DNA of 40,784 nucleotides from an uncultured Candidatus Saccharibacteria bacterium (GTDB taxonomy: Bacteria; Patescibacteriota; Doudnabacteria; UBA920; 2-02-FULL-46-11). The position numbers and the translations under genes are program-made. Where the stretch lies: positions 1 to 40,784 of the forward strand of contig CAZSSD010000001.1 of the NCBI GenBank assembly GCA_964609765.1. Reading direction: 5' to 3'. Shown here one piece after another: positions 25,175 through 34,601 of the stretch (positions are counted from its first letter, which is position 1; each line of letters opens with the position of its first letter). Under the pieces are notes generated by a model that was given only the letters and a program-made list of their open reading frames with translations, made no database searches and was not told the DNA's origin.

Positions 25175-26056
25175 ATGCTTGTCCATTACCGCGAACTGTT
25201 TAAAAAAGATTTTACCGGGCAATATGCCGTACCGGCTTTTAATGTCCACAATTTGGAAATTGTCTTGGGGGTTGTGCGCGCGGCTCAAAGCTTAAAGGCT
25301 CCGGTCATTCTTGAAGCGGCCACCAATACCGTCAAATACGCGGGTCTTAAAAACATTTATAATATCGTCGCTTCGGTTGCCGATGATCCCAATATTACGG
25401 TGCCGGTAGCCCTGCACCTGGACCACACTAAAGAAGAAGAAATTATTGAGGAGGCGGTGGCGGCCGGGTTTTCTTCAGTCATGATTGATGCTTCGCATCT
25501 TCCCTTTGCGGAGAATGTGCAGGCCACTCTGAAAGCCGTAAACTATGCGCATCCCAGAAATGTATGGGTGCAGGCGGAGTTGGGGCGCCTGCGCGGCACC
25601 GAGGACTGGGTTTCCGTGGATGACGCTCAGAGTTTTTTTACCGATCCGGACGAAGCGGAAGATTTTGTCAGACAGACGCGCGTTGATACTTTAGCCATCG
25701 CCGTGGGCACTATGCATGGGATTATTAAATTCCGGGAAAAAATAGTGCCGGAACTGGACATTGCCAGAATAAAAAAGATAAAAGAGAAGGTCAATATTCC
25801 GCTAATTTTGCACGGCGCGTCGGGCGTACCCCAAGATCAGATCAGAAAAAGCATCGCGGCGGGCATCTGTGTGATCAATATAGATACGGAATTGCGCATG
25901 GCTTTCAGCCAGGCTTTGCGGGATTTTTTAACAAACGATCAGAGCGAAGCGGATCCGCGCAAAATTTTATCGCCGGCGATCGATGCGGTTCAAAAAGCGG
26001 TGGAAATAAAATTAGATGAATTTAATACAACCGGAAAGGCAATCAACAATGTCTAA
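25175..26056 (+). CDS. fba: Class II fructose/tagatose-bisphosphate aldolase
   Basis: YAVPAFNVHNLE, ALHLDH, MIDASH, LHGASG motifs. Confidence 0.92.
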   Translation: MLVHYRELFKKDFTGQYAVPAFNVHNLEIVLGVVRAAQSLKAPVILEAATNTVKYAGLKNIYNIVASVADDPNITVPVALHLDHTKEEEIIEEAVAAGFSSVMIDASHLPFAENVQATLKAVNYAHPRNVWVQAELGRLRGTEDWVSVDDAQSFFTDPDEAEDFVRQTRVDTLAIAVGTMHGIIKFREKIVPELDIARIKKIKEKVNIPLILHGASGVPQDQIRKSIAAGICVINIDTELRMAFSQALRDFLTNDQSEADPRKILSPAIDAVQKAVEIKLDEFNTTGKAINNV

Positions 26057-27080
26057 TCAAAAAATCCGTGTCGCTATCAATGGTTTCGGCCGCATTGGCC
26101 GCAATGCCTTTAAAATCGGGTTAGGGTACGATCAGATCGAAGTCGTGGCCATTAATGACTTAACCAGTCCCGAAGTGCTCGCGACTTTGCTTAAATACGA
26201 CACAAATTACGGCAAATATGATCGGGAAGTTGGTTTTGATGAAAACCATTTAATAGTGGCCGGCCAGCCTATTCCGGTCTTGGCCGAGAAAGATCCTTCT
26301 CTTTTGCCCTGGCGGAAAATGAAAGTAGATGTGGTTATTGAATGCACCGGCCGCTTTACCAAAGACGGCGCCGCGCGCGCTCATTTGCAGGCCGGCGCCA
26401 AGCGGGTGGTTATTTCCGCACCGGCCAAAGGCGGGGATGTCAAAACTTATTTGTTGGGTGTTAACAGTGATGCTTATGCCGGCGAAGATGTTGTCAGCAA
26501 TGCCTCCTGTACCACTAACTGCATTTCCCCCGTTATTAATGTCCTGCACACCGCTTTTGGCGTGTCTAAGGCGTTTATGAACACGGTGCATTCCTATACT
26601 GCCGAGCAAAATTTGGTGGACGGACCGCCGCCAGGCGGCCATGCGGACGATTTGCGGCGGGCCCGCGCCGCCGCCCAAAACATTGTGCCAACCACAACCG
26701 GCGCCGCCATCTCGACTACCGAAGCGATTAGTGAGCTGAAGGGCGCTTTTGACGGCATTGCTTTAAGAGTGCCTACGGCCGTAGGCTCGATTGCCAATAT
26801 TGTCGCTTTACTTAAAAAGCCCGTTACGGTCGAAGCTGTAAATCAGGCTTTTGTCGAGGCGGCCGGGCATCCTTTTTATAAAAATATTTTAGTGGTCAAT
26901 CGGGAACCAATTGTTTCCGCCGATATCGTGGGCAGCACCGCCTCCGCGATTGTGGATCTGCCCTTTACGCGCGTGGTTGGCGGCGACCTAGTTTCGGTGC
27001 TCGCTTGGTATGATAATGAGTGGGGATACTCGAACCGCTTAATTGAAGAAGTTGTTTTAGTTGGTAAAACTTTGACATAA
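26049..27080 (+). CDS. gap: Glyceraldehyde-3-phosphate dehydrogenase
   Basis: MSNQKIRVAINGFGRIGR starts at the ATG at 26049 and overlaps the fba stop by 8 nt. Also SNASCTTNC and WYDNEWGYS. Confidence 0.96.
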   Translation: MSNQKIRVAINGFGRIGRNAFKIGLGYDQIEVVAINDLTSPEVLATLLKYDTNYGKYDREVGFDENHLIVAGQPIPVLAEKDPSLLPWRKMKVDVVIECTGRFTKDGAARAHLQAGAKRVVISAPAKGGDVKTYLLGVNSDAYAGEDVVSNASCTTNCISPVINVLHTAFGVSKAFMNTVHSYTAEQNLVDGPPPGGHADDLRRARAAAQNIVPTTTGAAISTTEAISELKGAFDGIALRVPTAVGSIANIVALLKKPVTVEAVNQAFVEAAGHPFYKNILVVNREPIVSADIVGSTASAIVDLPFTRVVGGDLVSVLAWYDNEWGYSNRLIEEVVLVGKTLT

Positions 27081-28325
27081 ATGCCGGATTATTTATCCCG
27101 TTTAAAAAGCGTTAAGCAATACAATGAGCGCGGCCAACTTGCGCTCGTTAGAGTCGATTATAATATCGAAACCATAGACGGCCAGATAATAGACGATACC
27201 CGCATCCGAGCCTCCTTGCCCACCCTGGAACATTTGGTGGCCAAGGACTCGAAAATTATATTGTTATCCCACCGGGGCCGGCCCAAGGGTACGCCGGAAG
27301 CGGAGCTTTCTTTGCAGCCAGTGGCCGAACATCTGGCCCGCTGCTTAAACCGAAAGCTTTTGGTGATCGAGGGAGACTCGCCCAAGTTCGCCGATTATGC
27401 GATTCCCCATATTTACTTTTTAAAATCGGATTTGCGCAGGCTCAAGCGCGAAGCGTTGGCCGAGAGTTTAAAACCGGGCGATATCGTGCTGGCCGAGAAT
27501 ATCCGATTTTATCCGGAAGAAGAAAAGATCGATGAAAATTTTGCTCAAAAAATTGCGGCCTTGGCCGACGTTTATATAAATGAAGCCTTTAGTGTGGATC
27601 ATCATCCGAGCAGCACAATCACTTTGCTTCCCAAATTATTGCCCAGTTTCGCCGGTCTCCGGCTATTGGACGAAATAAAGAATCTAAATTTTGCCTCTAA
27701 CGCCTCGCGTAAGCCGTTGGTTTTAGTAATCGGCGGCGCCAAGATCACGGAGAAAGAAAAAATGCTGCAGGCCCTGCTGCCGAGGGCCGATCAGTTGCTA
27801 GTGGGCGGAGCTATGGCCAATTTGTTTTTGCATACGCTCAATTACGAGGTGGGCGATTCGCTCTTGGAACGCGAAGGAGTCAGCACAGCCCAGAATATTT
27901 TGCGAAACTTTCGCGATAAGATTGTTTTGCCGGTTGATACCATAGTTGGTTTAGACGAAAATGGTGGCGGCAAGGTTAAATCCATTGAGCAAATAGGGTT
28001 GAATGAAAAAATTTTAGATATCGGCCCGCAAACTATTTTGAAATACGCGGAAATTATTAAACAGGCTAATACTATTATCTGGAACGGGCCGCTTGGTTTT
28101 TTTGAGAATAAGGTTTTTGCGCACGGTACTTTGGCCTTGGGCCGCTTGATCGCGGCGCGCGGGGGCGGCAAAGCTTTTGTTTTAATTGGCGGTGGCGAAA
28201 CCGTGGAAGCGCTGCATCAAACCGGTATGAGTGAATACGTCGATTTTGTGAGTACTGGCGGCGGGGCGATGCTAAGTTTTTTGGGCGGTCAGGATATGCC
28301 CGGTTTGCGAGCTCTCGTTAAATAA
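27081..28325 (+). CDS. pgk: Phosphoglycerate kinase
   Basis: VRVDYN...DDTRIRASLPT, LLSHRGRPKG, WNGPLGFFE, STGGGA motifs. Confidence 0.95.
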   Translation: MPDYLSRLKSVKQYNERGQLALVRVDYNIETIDGQIIDDTRIRASLPTLEHLVAKDSKIILLSHRGRPKGTPEAELSLQPVAEHLARCLNRKLLVIEGDSPKFADYAIPHIYFLKSDLRRLKREALAESLKPGDIVLAENIRFYPEEEKIDENFAQKIAALADVYINEAFSVDHHPSSTITLLPKLLPSFAGLRLLDEIKNLNFASNASRKPLVLVIGGAKITEKEKMLQALLPRADQLLVGGAMANLFLHTLNYEVGDSLLEREGVSTAQNILRNFRDKIVLPVDTIVGLDENGGGKVKSIEQIGLNEKILDIGPQTILKYAEIIKQANTIIWNGPLGFFENKVFAHGTLALGRLIAARGGGKAFVLIGGGETVEALHQTGMSEYVDFVSTGGGAMLSFLGGQDMPGLRALVK

Positions 28326-29618
28326 ATGCTAGGTAAAAAAGATAAAATCAAGAACATTTTCGCGCGCCAGATTTTGGACTCGCGCGGCGCGCCCACTCTG
28401 GAAGTGGCCGTATTTACGCTGGGCGGCGCGGTGGGCCGAGCGGCCGTGCCTTCGGGCGCCTCCACTGGCAAAAAGGAGGCCGTGGAGTTGAGGGACAAAA
28501 AAGTCGAGTATTTTGGCAAGGGCGTAATGCTCGCTTGCGAGAATGTTAACACCGAAATTTCCGGCCGGCTTAAAAATATTTCTGTCACGGATCAGTCGGG
28601 CATCGATAAGCTGTTAGTCGAAGCTGACGGCACCCCCGCCCGCAGCCGTTTGGGCGGCAACAGCTTAATTGGTGTTTCCATGGCTTGTGCCCGCGCCGCC
28701 GCCAATTTGGAAAATTTGCCCCTTTATAAATATCTGGCCAAAATTTCCCACTTAAAACTTAAGGAAAAAATGCCGGTGCCCATGTTGAATTTGATCAATG
28801 GTGGCTTGCATGCAGGCAACTCCCTTGACATTCAAGAATATTTATTTATACCAAAGGGCAAGAAGATGGCCGAAGCTCTGCGCATGGCCGCCGAAGTTTA
28901 TCATGCGCTGGGCGCGTTATTAAGCAAGCGTGGCTTATCAACCGGTGTCGGCGATGAGGGTGGTTTCGCCCCCGAGCTTCGCCGCAACAGCGAACCCTTT
29001 AATTTAATTATCGAGGCGGCCCAATCTGCGGGCTTTAAACTTGACCAAGACTATGGTTTAGGTATTGATGCCGCCGCCAACAGCTTTTTGCAAAACAACA
29101 ATCCTTTTCAATATCAGTTAACACTCGAAAACGAGTTACTTTCGTCAATGGCCTTAATTGATCTTTATGAAAAATGGATCGATGATTATAAATTGATTTC
29201 TATAGAGGACGGTTTGGCCGAGGACGATTTAGAAGGCTGGCAACAAATGACTAAAATTTTATCCGAAAAGGCGCACGTGGTCGGCCGGGGCCTTGAGATA
29301 ATCGGCGATGATTTGTTCGTAACTTCAGCCAAACGTTTGATAGACGGTATTGAGCGGAAATTAGCTACGGCCGTGATCATTAAACCCAATCAGGTCGGTA
29401 CGGTCAGCGAGACAATCGAGACAGTCAGAATTGCCAAACAGCACAATTATGCCTGCGTGGCTTCGCACCGCTCGGGCGACACGCCCGATGCTTTTATTGC
29501 CGATTTAGCGGTGGGTTTGGCTTGCGAATATATCAAGGCGGGCGCACCGGCCCGAGGGGAAAGAGTGGCGAAATACAATAGATTATTAGAGATAGAAGAA
29601 GAACTTGGCTCCGTGTGA
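28326..29618 (+). CDS. eno: Enolase
   Basis: ILDSRGAPTLEV, GASTGKKEAVELRD, IKPNQVGTVSET, SHRSGDT motifs. Confidence 0.97.
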   Translation: MLGKKDKIKNIFARQILDSRGAPTLEVAVFTLGGAVGRAAVPSGASTGKKEAVELRDKKVEYFGKGVMLACENVNTEISGRLKNISVTDQSGIDKLLVEADGTPARSRLGGNSLIGVSMACARAAANLENLPLYKYLAKISHLKLKEKMPVPMLNLINGGLHAGNSLDIQEYLFIPKGKKMAEALRMAAEVYHALGALLSKRGLSTGVGDEGGFAPELRRNSEPFNLIIEAAQSAGFKLDQDYGLGIDAAANSFLQNNNPFQYQLTLENELLSSMALIDLYEKWIDDYKLISIEDGLAEDDLEGWQQMTKILSEKAHVVGRGLEIIGDDLFVTSAKRLIDGIERKLATAVIIKPNQVGTVSETIETVRIAKQHNYACVASHRSGDTPDAFIADLAVGLACEYIKAGAPARGERVAKYNRLLEIEEELGSV

Positions 29619-29716
29619 TGTTCCTCGAAAAACCAGAATAAATTCCGGTCGGTCTGCGCGATGTTTTTCTCGGAGACCACACGTCGCCTTTCGCCAAGAA
29701 AAAGAAAAAAAGTAAA

Positions 29717-31267
29717 ATGATGAAATTTCCAAAAGTAATTCTTTGCATTCTTGATGGTTTCGGCGTGGCTAGTCCATCGGAAGGCAATGCCATAAGTTTG
29801 GCTAAGCCTGGCTTTTTTGAGGAGCTGATTGCTTATTATCCCACCAAGGTTTTACAAGCCTCGGGGCCGGCTGTAGGTCTGCCTTGGGGGGAACGTGGTA
29901 ATTCCGAGGTCGGGCACCTTAATATTGGCGCTGGCCGCGTGGTTATGCAGGAATTGCCGCGCATTAACATGGCTATCGGCGATGGCAGTTTTTATCAAAA
30001 CGGCGCGCTGCAGGAAGTTATGAAGCATGTTGTGGAAAAACAAAGCACTCTGCATCTTTTGGGTTTAATCGGCACGGGCGCGGTGCATGCCTATGAACAG
30101 CACATGTACGCCCTGATTGGCATGGCCCGCGATCAAGGCGTAAAAAATATCGCCTTGCATTTATTTACCGATGGCCGCGATGCCCCTGCCCGCGCCGCGC
30201 AGGAATCGGTAAACAAGCTGCTTAAAAAAATAAAAGATTGGCCTGGCGTGCAAGTGGCCACCGTTATTGGCCGGTTTTACGCGATGGATCGGGGCGGACA
30301 TTGGCAACAGACCGAGCAAGCGCTGGATGCGATTTTGCGAGGTAAGGGCGAATTTTTTAAGGATGCCGCGGAGGCCATCGCCCAAAGGTATGCGATGAAC
30401 GTAACCGACGAAATGATGCCGCCGACCGTCATCACCGGCGAGAATGACTGGCCGCAAGCGCCGGTTAAAGAAGGCGATGGCGCCATATTTTTTAATTTCC
30501 GCAATGACCGCATGATTCAGTTGGTGCAGAAATTTTTGACGGAGGCGCCTGGCGTTCAAGTTTTGACCATGACTTCTTATAATCCCGAATTTAATTGCTT
30601 GGTGGCTTTTTCGCCAATTTTAGTGCAGGATAGTTTGTCCGAAATAATAAGCAAGCGGGGTTGGCGGCAGTTCCATGCGGCCGAAAGTGAAAAATTCGCC
30701 CATGTTACCTTTTTCTTCAATGGCCATCGCCATGAGCCGTGGCCCGGTGAAGAGCGCAAGATTGTCAGCTCGCCTACGGGCGTCCAAAATTATGCCGATA
30801 CGCCGGAAATGGCGGCTAGACCTTTGACTGATGAGGTTGTGGAGAGAATTAAATCGGGGAGCGATAAATTCATTTTGGTCAATTACGCAAACGGCGATAT
30901 GGTTGGGCATACCGGCAACTTGAGCGCGGCCGTTGCGGCGGTGCAAGTTTTGGATGAATGTTTAAAAAGGTTGGCCAAGGCGGCAAGCGATGCCGGTGCG
31001 CTTTTAATTATTACCGCTGATCACGGCAATTGCGAGATGATGTTTGATTTGCGCACCGGCCGGCCCAATACCGAACATACGGCCAACCCCATTCCTCTCA
31101 TTTTTTACGCGGACGAACTCAAACTTGCCCAAAAAAGCGGAATAAATCTCTACACAGTGGCTGGCATTATCCCCGAGGGCATTTTGCCGGATATTGGCCC
31201 GACCATCCTTAAGGCCCTGGGTTTAGAAGTGCCATTTTCGATGGTGGGGAAAGTAATCGAATTTTAA
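29717..31267 (+). CDS. gpmI: 2,3-bisphosphoglycerate-independent phosphoglycerate mutase
   Basis: ILDGFG, NSEVGHLNIGAGR, NGDMVGHTG, ITADHGN motifs. Confidence 0.95.
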   Translation: MMKFPKVILCILDGFGVASPSEGNAISLAKPGFFEELIAYYPTKVLQASGPAVGLPWGERGNSEVGHLNIGAGRVVMQELPRINMAIGDGSFYQNGALQEVMKHVVEKQSTLHLLGLIGTGAVHAYEQHMYALIGMARDQGVKNIALHLFTDGRDAPARAAQESVNKLLKKIKDWPGVQVATVIGRFYAMDRGGHWQQTEQALDAILRGKGEFFKDAAEAIAQRYAMNVTDEMMPPTVITGENDWPQAPVKEGDGAIFFNFRNDRMIQLVQKFLTEAPGVQVLTMTSYNPEFNCLVAFSPILVQDSLSEIISKRGWRQFHAAESEKFAHVTFFFNGHRHEPWPGEERKIVSSPTGVQNYADTPEMAARPLTDEVVERIKSGSDKFILVNYANGDMVGHTGNLSAAVAAVQVLDECLKRLAKAASDAGALLIITADHGNCEMMFDLRTGRPNTEHTANPIPLIFYADELKLAQKSGINLYTVAGIIPEGILPDIGPTILKALGLEVPFSMVGKVIEF

Positions 31268-31292
31268 GGCAAATTCTGCTAAAATAAGCGGG

Positions 31293-33035
31293 ATGAAGCG
31301 GAAATGGATATTAAAGGAATCGGTCGGGGATGATGTTGTCACAAAGTTTCCGGGCTTACCCAAGGCACTTTTGCAAGTGCTTTTTAATCGCGGCTTAAAA
31401 GACAAAGAGTCTATCGATTTTTTCTTAAATCCGGTTTATGAAAATGAGATTTATAATCCAATGTTGCTGCCGGACATTAATCCGGGGGTAGAGCGTACGC
31501 TTGAGGCTATAAAAAATAAAGAAAAAATTACGGTTTATGCCGATTACGACGCGGACGCTGTTACGGCCGCGGCCGTAATGATTCGTACTTTGCGCGCGCT
31601 CGGCGCCGAAATTGATTATTACATTCCCGACCGCTTTGCCGAAGGCTATGGCATGAATGTGGAAGCAATGAGAGAAATTTCTAAGCGTGGTACAAAGCTT
31701 GTTATCACTGTCGACTGCGGTATTACGGCCGCTCCGGAGGTAGAAGCCGCCAGAGAGGTTGGCATGGATGTAGTTATTACCGATCACCATCACGTTCCTG
31801 ATGAATTGCCCAAAGCCGTGGCCGTTATTAATCCCCACCGCAAGGACAGTATTTACCCGTGTAAAGATCTAACCGGCGTAGGCGTGGCTTTTAAATTTGC
31901 CCAGGCTGTTTTGAAAGAAGCGCGGCCCTATTTCGCTAAAGCTTCGCAGGACGTGCCCCCAGAGGGGTACGAAAAGTGGTTGCTAGATTTTGTGGCTATC
32001 GGCACTGTGGCCGATTGCCAGAGCTTAATGTCCGAAAACAGAATTTTGGTAAAATACGGTTTGAAAGTTTTGCAAAAAACACGCTGGGTTGGACTTAAAG
32101 CCTTAATTTCGGTTTCGGGCGCGGCCGATAAGGCCTTTACCACCGGCACCATCGGTTTTCAGTTGGCGCCGCGCATCAACGCGGCCGGCCGGCTTGCCCA
32201 CGCTGATTTGGCTCTGAAGTTGCTTCTAACTGACGATGACTTGGCAGCGGCAGACTTGGCCCTCCAGCTTGAAAATTTAAATCGAAAAAGGCAACAGCTG
32301 ACGGAAAGTATTCTTTCTGAAGCGCGAGAGCAAGTTGAGGAACAGCTCAAGCATCAAAAGATCTTGCTGGCTGCGAGCAGCGCCTGGCCCAAAGGGGTGG
32401 TGGGGTTGGTGGCCGGTAAACTTTCTGAAGAATTTTATCGGCCGGTTTTGGTGGCGGCTAAAGATGATGAGTTTGCCACCGGTTCCGCGCGCAGCATCCC
32501 GGGTTTTAATATTATTGAGGCGATCGGTTATGCCGGCGAGCATCTCGTAAAGTTTGGCGGACACGAAGCGGCAGCCGGATTTACTGTTGCGAACACCAAG
32601 TTGCATGATTTTTATCAAACCGTTTGCGGCTACGCGGACGTAAAATTTAGCGAAGATTCTCTAGAGCCGGTTTTGATGATTGATTGTGAGCTGTCGAATC
32701 CGCTGGAGTTTACTCTCGAATTTGCCGATATGGTGGAAGGCCTGGCGCCCTTTGGCCAAGGCAATCCGCGTCCGCACTTTTTGTTTAAAAATCTGAAAGT
32801 TGAGGATTTGCGCGCGGTCGGCCGCGAAGGCAAGCATGTCCAGCTGGTGGTTTCGCATCCGAATGCGGCAGGTAGCCGGTTGCGGGCCATCGCCTTTTCG
32901 CACGGCTATTTGGTTAAAGCCCTGGAAATAGGTGATAATATAGATATGGTAGGCGAAATAATGGTTGATAGTTGGAACGGCAATAGAAGGCTGCAGTTGA
33001 GGTTGGTGGATTGGCAAAAAATAGAAAAATCCTAA
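31293..33035 (+). CDS. recJ: Single-stranded-DNA-specific exonuclease RecJ
   Basis: DHH-family motifs DYDADAVT, ITVDCG, ITDHH, plus DHHA1 GGHEAAAG. Confidence 0.93.
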   Translation: MKRKWILKESVGDDVVTKFPGLPKALLQVLFNRGLKDKESIDFFLNPVYENEIYNPMLLPDINPGVERTLEAIKNKEKITVYADYDADAVTAAAVMIRTLRALGAEIDYYIPDRFAEGYGMNVEAMREISKRGTKLVITVDCGITAAPEVEAAREVGMDVVITDHHHVPDELPKAVAVINPHRKDSIYPCKDLTGVGVAFKFAQAVLKEARPYFAKASQDVPPEGYEKWLLDFVAIGTVADCQSLMSENRILVKYGLKVLQKTRWVGLKALISVSGAADKAFTTGTIGFQLAPRINAAGRLAHADLALKLLLTDDDLAAADLALQLENLNRKRQQLTESILSEAREQVEEQLKHQKILLAASSAWPKGVVGLVAGKLSEEFYRPVLVAAKDDEFATGSARSIPGFNIIEAIGYAGEHLVKFGGHEAAAGFTVANTKLHDFYQTVCGYADVKFSEDSLEPVLMIDCELSNPLEFTLEFADMVEGLAPFGQGNPRPHFLFKNLKVEDLRAVGREGKHVQLVVSHPNAAGSRLRAIAFSHGYLVKALEIGDNIDMVGEIMVDSWNGNRRLQLRLVDWQKIEKS

Positions 33036-33114
33036 ATCCTAAATAAATGCTAATGACCAAAATCCAAAACTATTTGAAATTTGTAATTTTGAATTTATTT
33101 AGAGCTTAGGATTT
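33027..33114 (+). repeat. Hairpin-family element, copy E
   Basis: Arms aaatcctaaatcctaaataaat (33027-33048) and atttatttagagcttaggattt (33093-33114) pair at 19/22 positions. The recJ stop codon (33033-33035) lies inside the left arm. Confidence 0.8.
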
Positions 33115-33138
33115 GATGCTTGGTTTTTAAAATAATTT

Positions 33139-33558
33139 ATGTCTAAATTATTTTTGTACACAGATGGCGGTTCGCGAAACAATCCGGGGCCGGCGGGAAT
33201 CGGCGGCGTGGCTTTTGATGAGGTTGGACGCGAGGTTTTTCGGTTTAAAAAATTTATGGGCACCAAAACCAACAATCAGGCCGAGTACCTGGCTTTAATT
33301 GAAGGTTTGAGCTTGGCTGTGGCTAACGGCTTTACAGGAGTTGATATTTTTTTGGACAGCGAATTGGTGGTTAGGCAGCTGAACGGCGTGTATAAAATTA
33401 AGCATCCGGAAATTCAACCCCTGGCAGGCGAGGTCATAAAACTTAAAAATAAATTTAAAAATATCAGATTCGCTCACGTTTTGCGAGATAAAAATAAAAT
33501 CGCTGACAGCCTCGTTAATGAAGCTATCGACGAAGCGTTGGCGGATGGACGTATTTAG
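33139..33558 (+). CDS. rnhA: Ribonuclease HI
   Basis: LYTDGGSRNNPGPAGIGGV, TNNQAEYLALIEGL, DSELVV motifs. Confidence 0.92.
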   Translation: MSKLFLYTDGGSRNNPGPAGIGGVAFDEVGREVFRFKKFMGTKTNNQAEYLALIEGLSLAVANGFTGVDIFLDSELVVRQLNGVYKIKHPEIQPLAGEVIKLKNKFKNIRFAHVLRDKNKIADSLVNEAIDEALADGRI

Positions 33559-34532
33559 TTTTTTAAACTGTATATTTTATAAGTTTGATTTTCTTTAATT
33601 ACTATTTTTTTCCCATCATCGCTACACTCAAGTATTTCGACCGGGCTGTCCGCCTTGAGTATTTGGTAAATATTGCGGCGGTCGCGGCCGTCTAGCTCGA
33701 TTGCTCTTATGCTATCGCCATAGCCCCGCAGTAAGTAGCCTGTTTCGGAAATTACGCAAAACCGGCCGCCACGCTCCGATGTCCGCGTTATTAATTCTCT
33801 TTGGGCAGAGCTCGGGTCAAAGGGATTATAAAAGCTTATTTCGTGCGCATTGCCGTAAACAAGTTTGTTTAGCTGATTGCTCCAACTGACAATTTCAACA
33901 CCGTCGGCAATATATTCCAGTTGTGATGTAATTTGGTATAAGGTCCGGTTGATGAGCGCGAACACCAAATTGCTGGGCGTCACAAAAACAGTACCGTCGT
34001 TGGCAGAAATGGTTGCGTTTAAAATAAGCTTGTCGGCGGGGTTATTATTATTAACTCTGATCAAATCAAACATATTTGGCACCGATGAAGATTTTTCAAA
34101 TCGATAAACATAGTCATTGTTTAATTTTGGCTGGGTTAATTGATAGTCGTTTTCGACCCTTACCATCCTGGCTTCGACGGGCATGAGGTTTAAATTTTCC
34201 GAGTTATTTGAGAGCCAAGTGACTAATGTGCCTTTTATCGTTAATTTTTTTTGCCAGGGGTAGAAGCCCGGTTTTTCTATTTTGACAGTGTAATCTCCGG
34301 CCGGCAGGAATCTAAAGGTCGCCGGCGTTTTTTTAGTTTTGCTTTTAGGTCCGCTGATAGTAACTTGGGCCCCTTTCGGTTCAGTCTTCGCGACAAGTAT
34401 GCCCGTGGCCACGAGTTTGCGGCCGCTAAAGTCATAAATATAGCCGCGCACGCCAAAAACAAAAGCCGGCGCGGCGATCAGAAAAATGATTATGCCAATG
34501 GCGATTAGGGTGTAGCGCTTGGTTAGGGTCAT
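33555..34532 (-). CDS. Membrane-anchored PEGA-domain protein with C-terminal beta-rich domain
   Basis: N-terminal TM helix (LIAIGIIIFLIAAPAFVFGV). A PEGA-like segment (GAQVTISG...TPATFRFLPAGDYTVKIEKPGFYPW). It is the only minus-strand gene, and its stop overlaps the rnhA stop. Confidence 0.6.
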   Translation of the reverse strand: MTLTKRYTLIAIGIIIFLIAAPAFVFGVRGYIYDFSGRKLVATGILVAKTEPKGAQVTISGPKSKTKKTPATFRFLPAGDYTVKIEKPGFYPWQKKLTIKGTLVTWLSNNSENLNLMPVEARMVRVENDYQLTQPKLNNDYVYRFEKSSSVPNMFDLIRVNNNNPADKLILNATISANDGTVFVTPSNLVFALINRTLYQITSQLEYIADGVEIVSWSNQLNKLVYGNAHEISFYNPFDPSSAQRELITRTSERGGRFCVISETGYLLRGYGDSIRAIELDGRDRRNIYQILKADSPVEILECSDDGKKIVIKENQTYKIYSLKN

Positions 34533-34601
34533 AGTTAGAAATCTTCCTTATTTTAGCTAAATTTGGCGGCCTTTACAATCATTCTGGTATACTACTGGCG
34601 T

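Noticed and set aside
29619-29716. 98-nt eno-gpmI spacer, considered as a possible regulatory RNA.
   Set aside because: Only weak, short complementary segments (ggtct...agacc) and an A-rich tract are present. Nothing rises above what is expected for a plain spacer.
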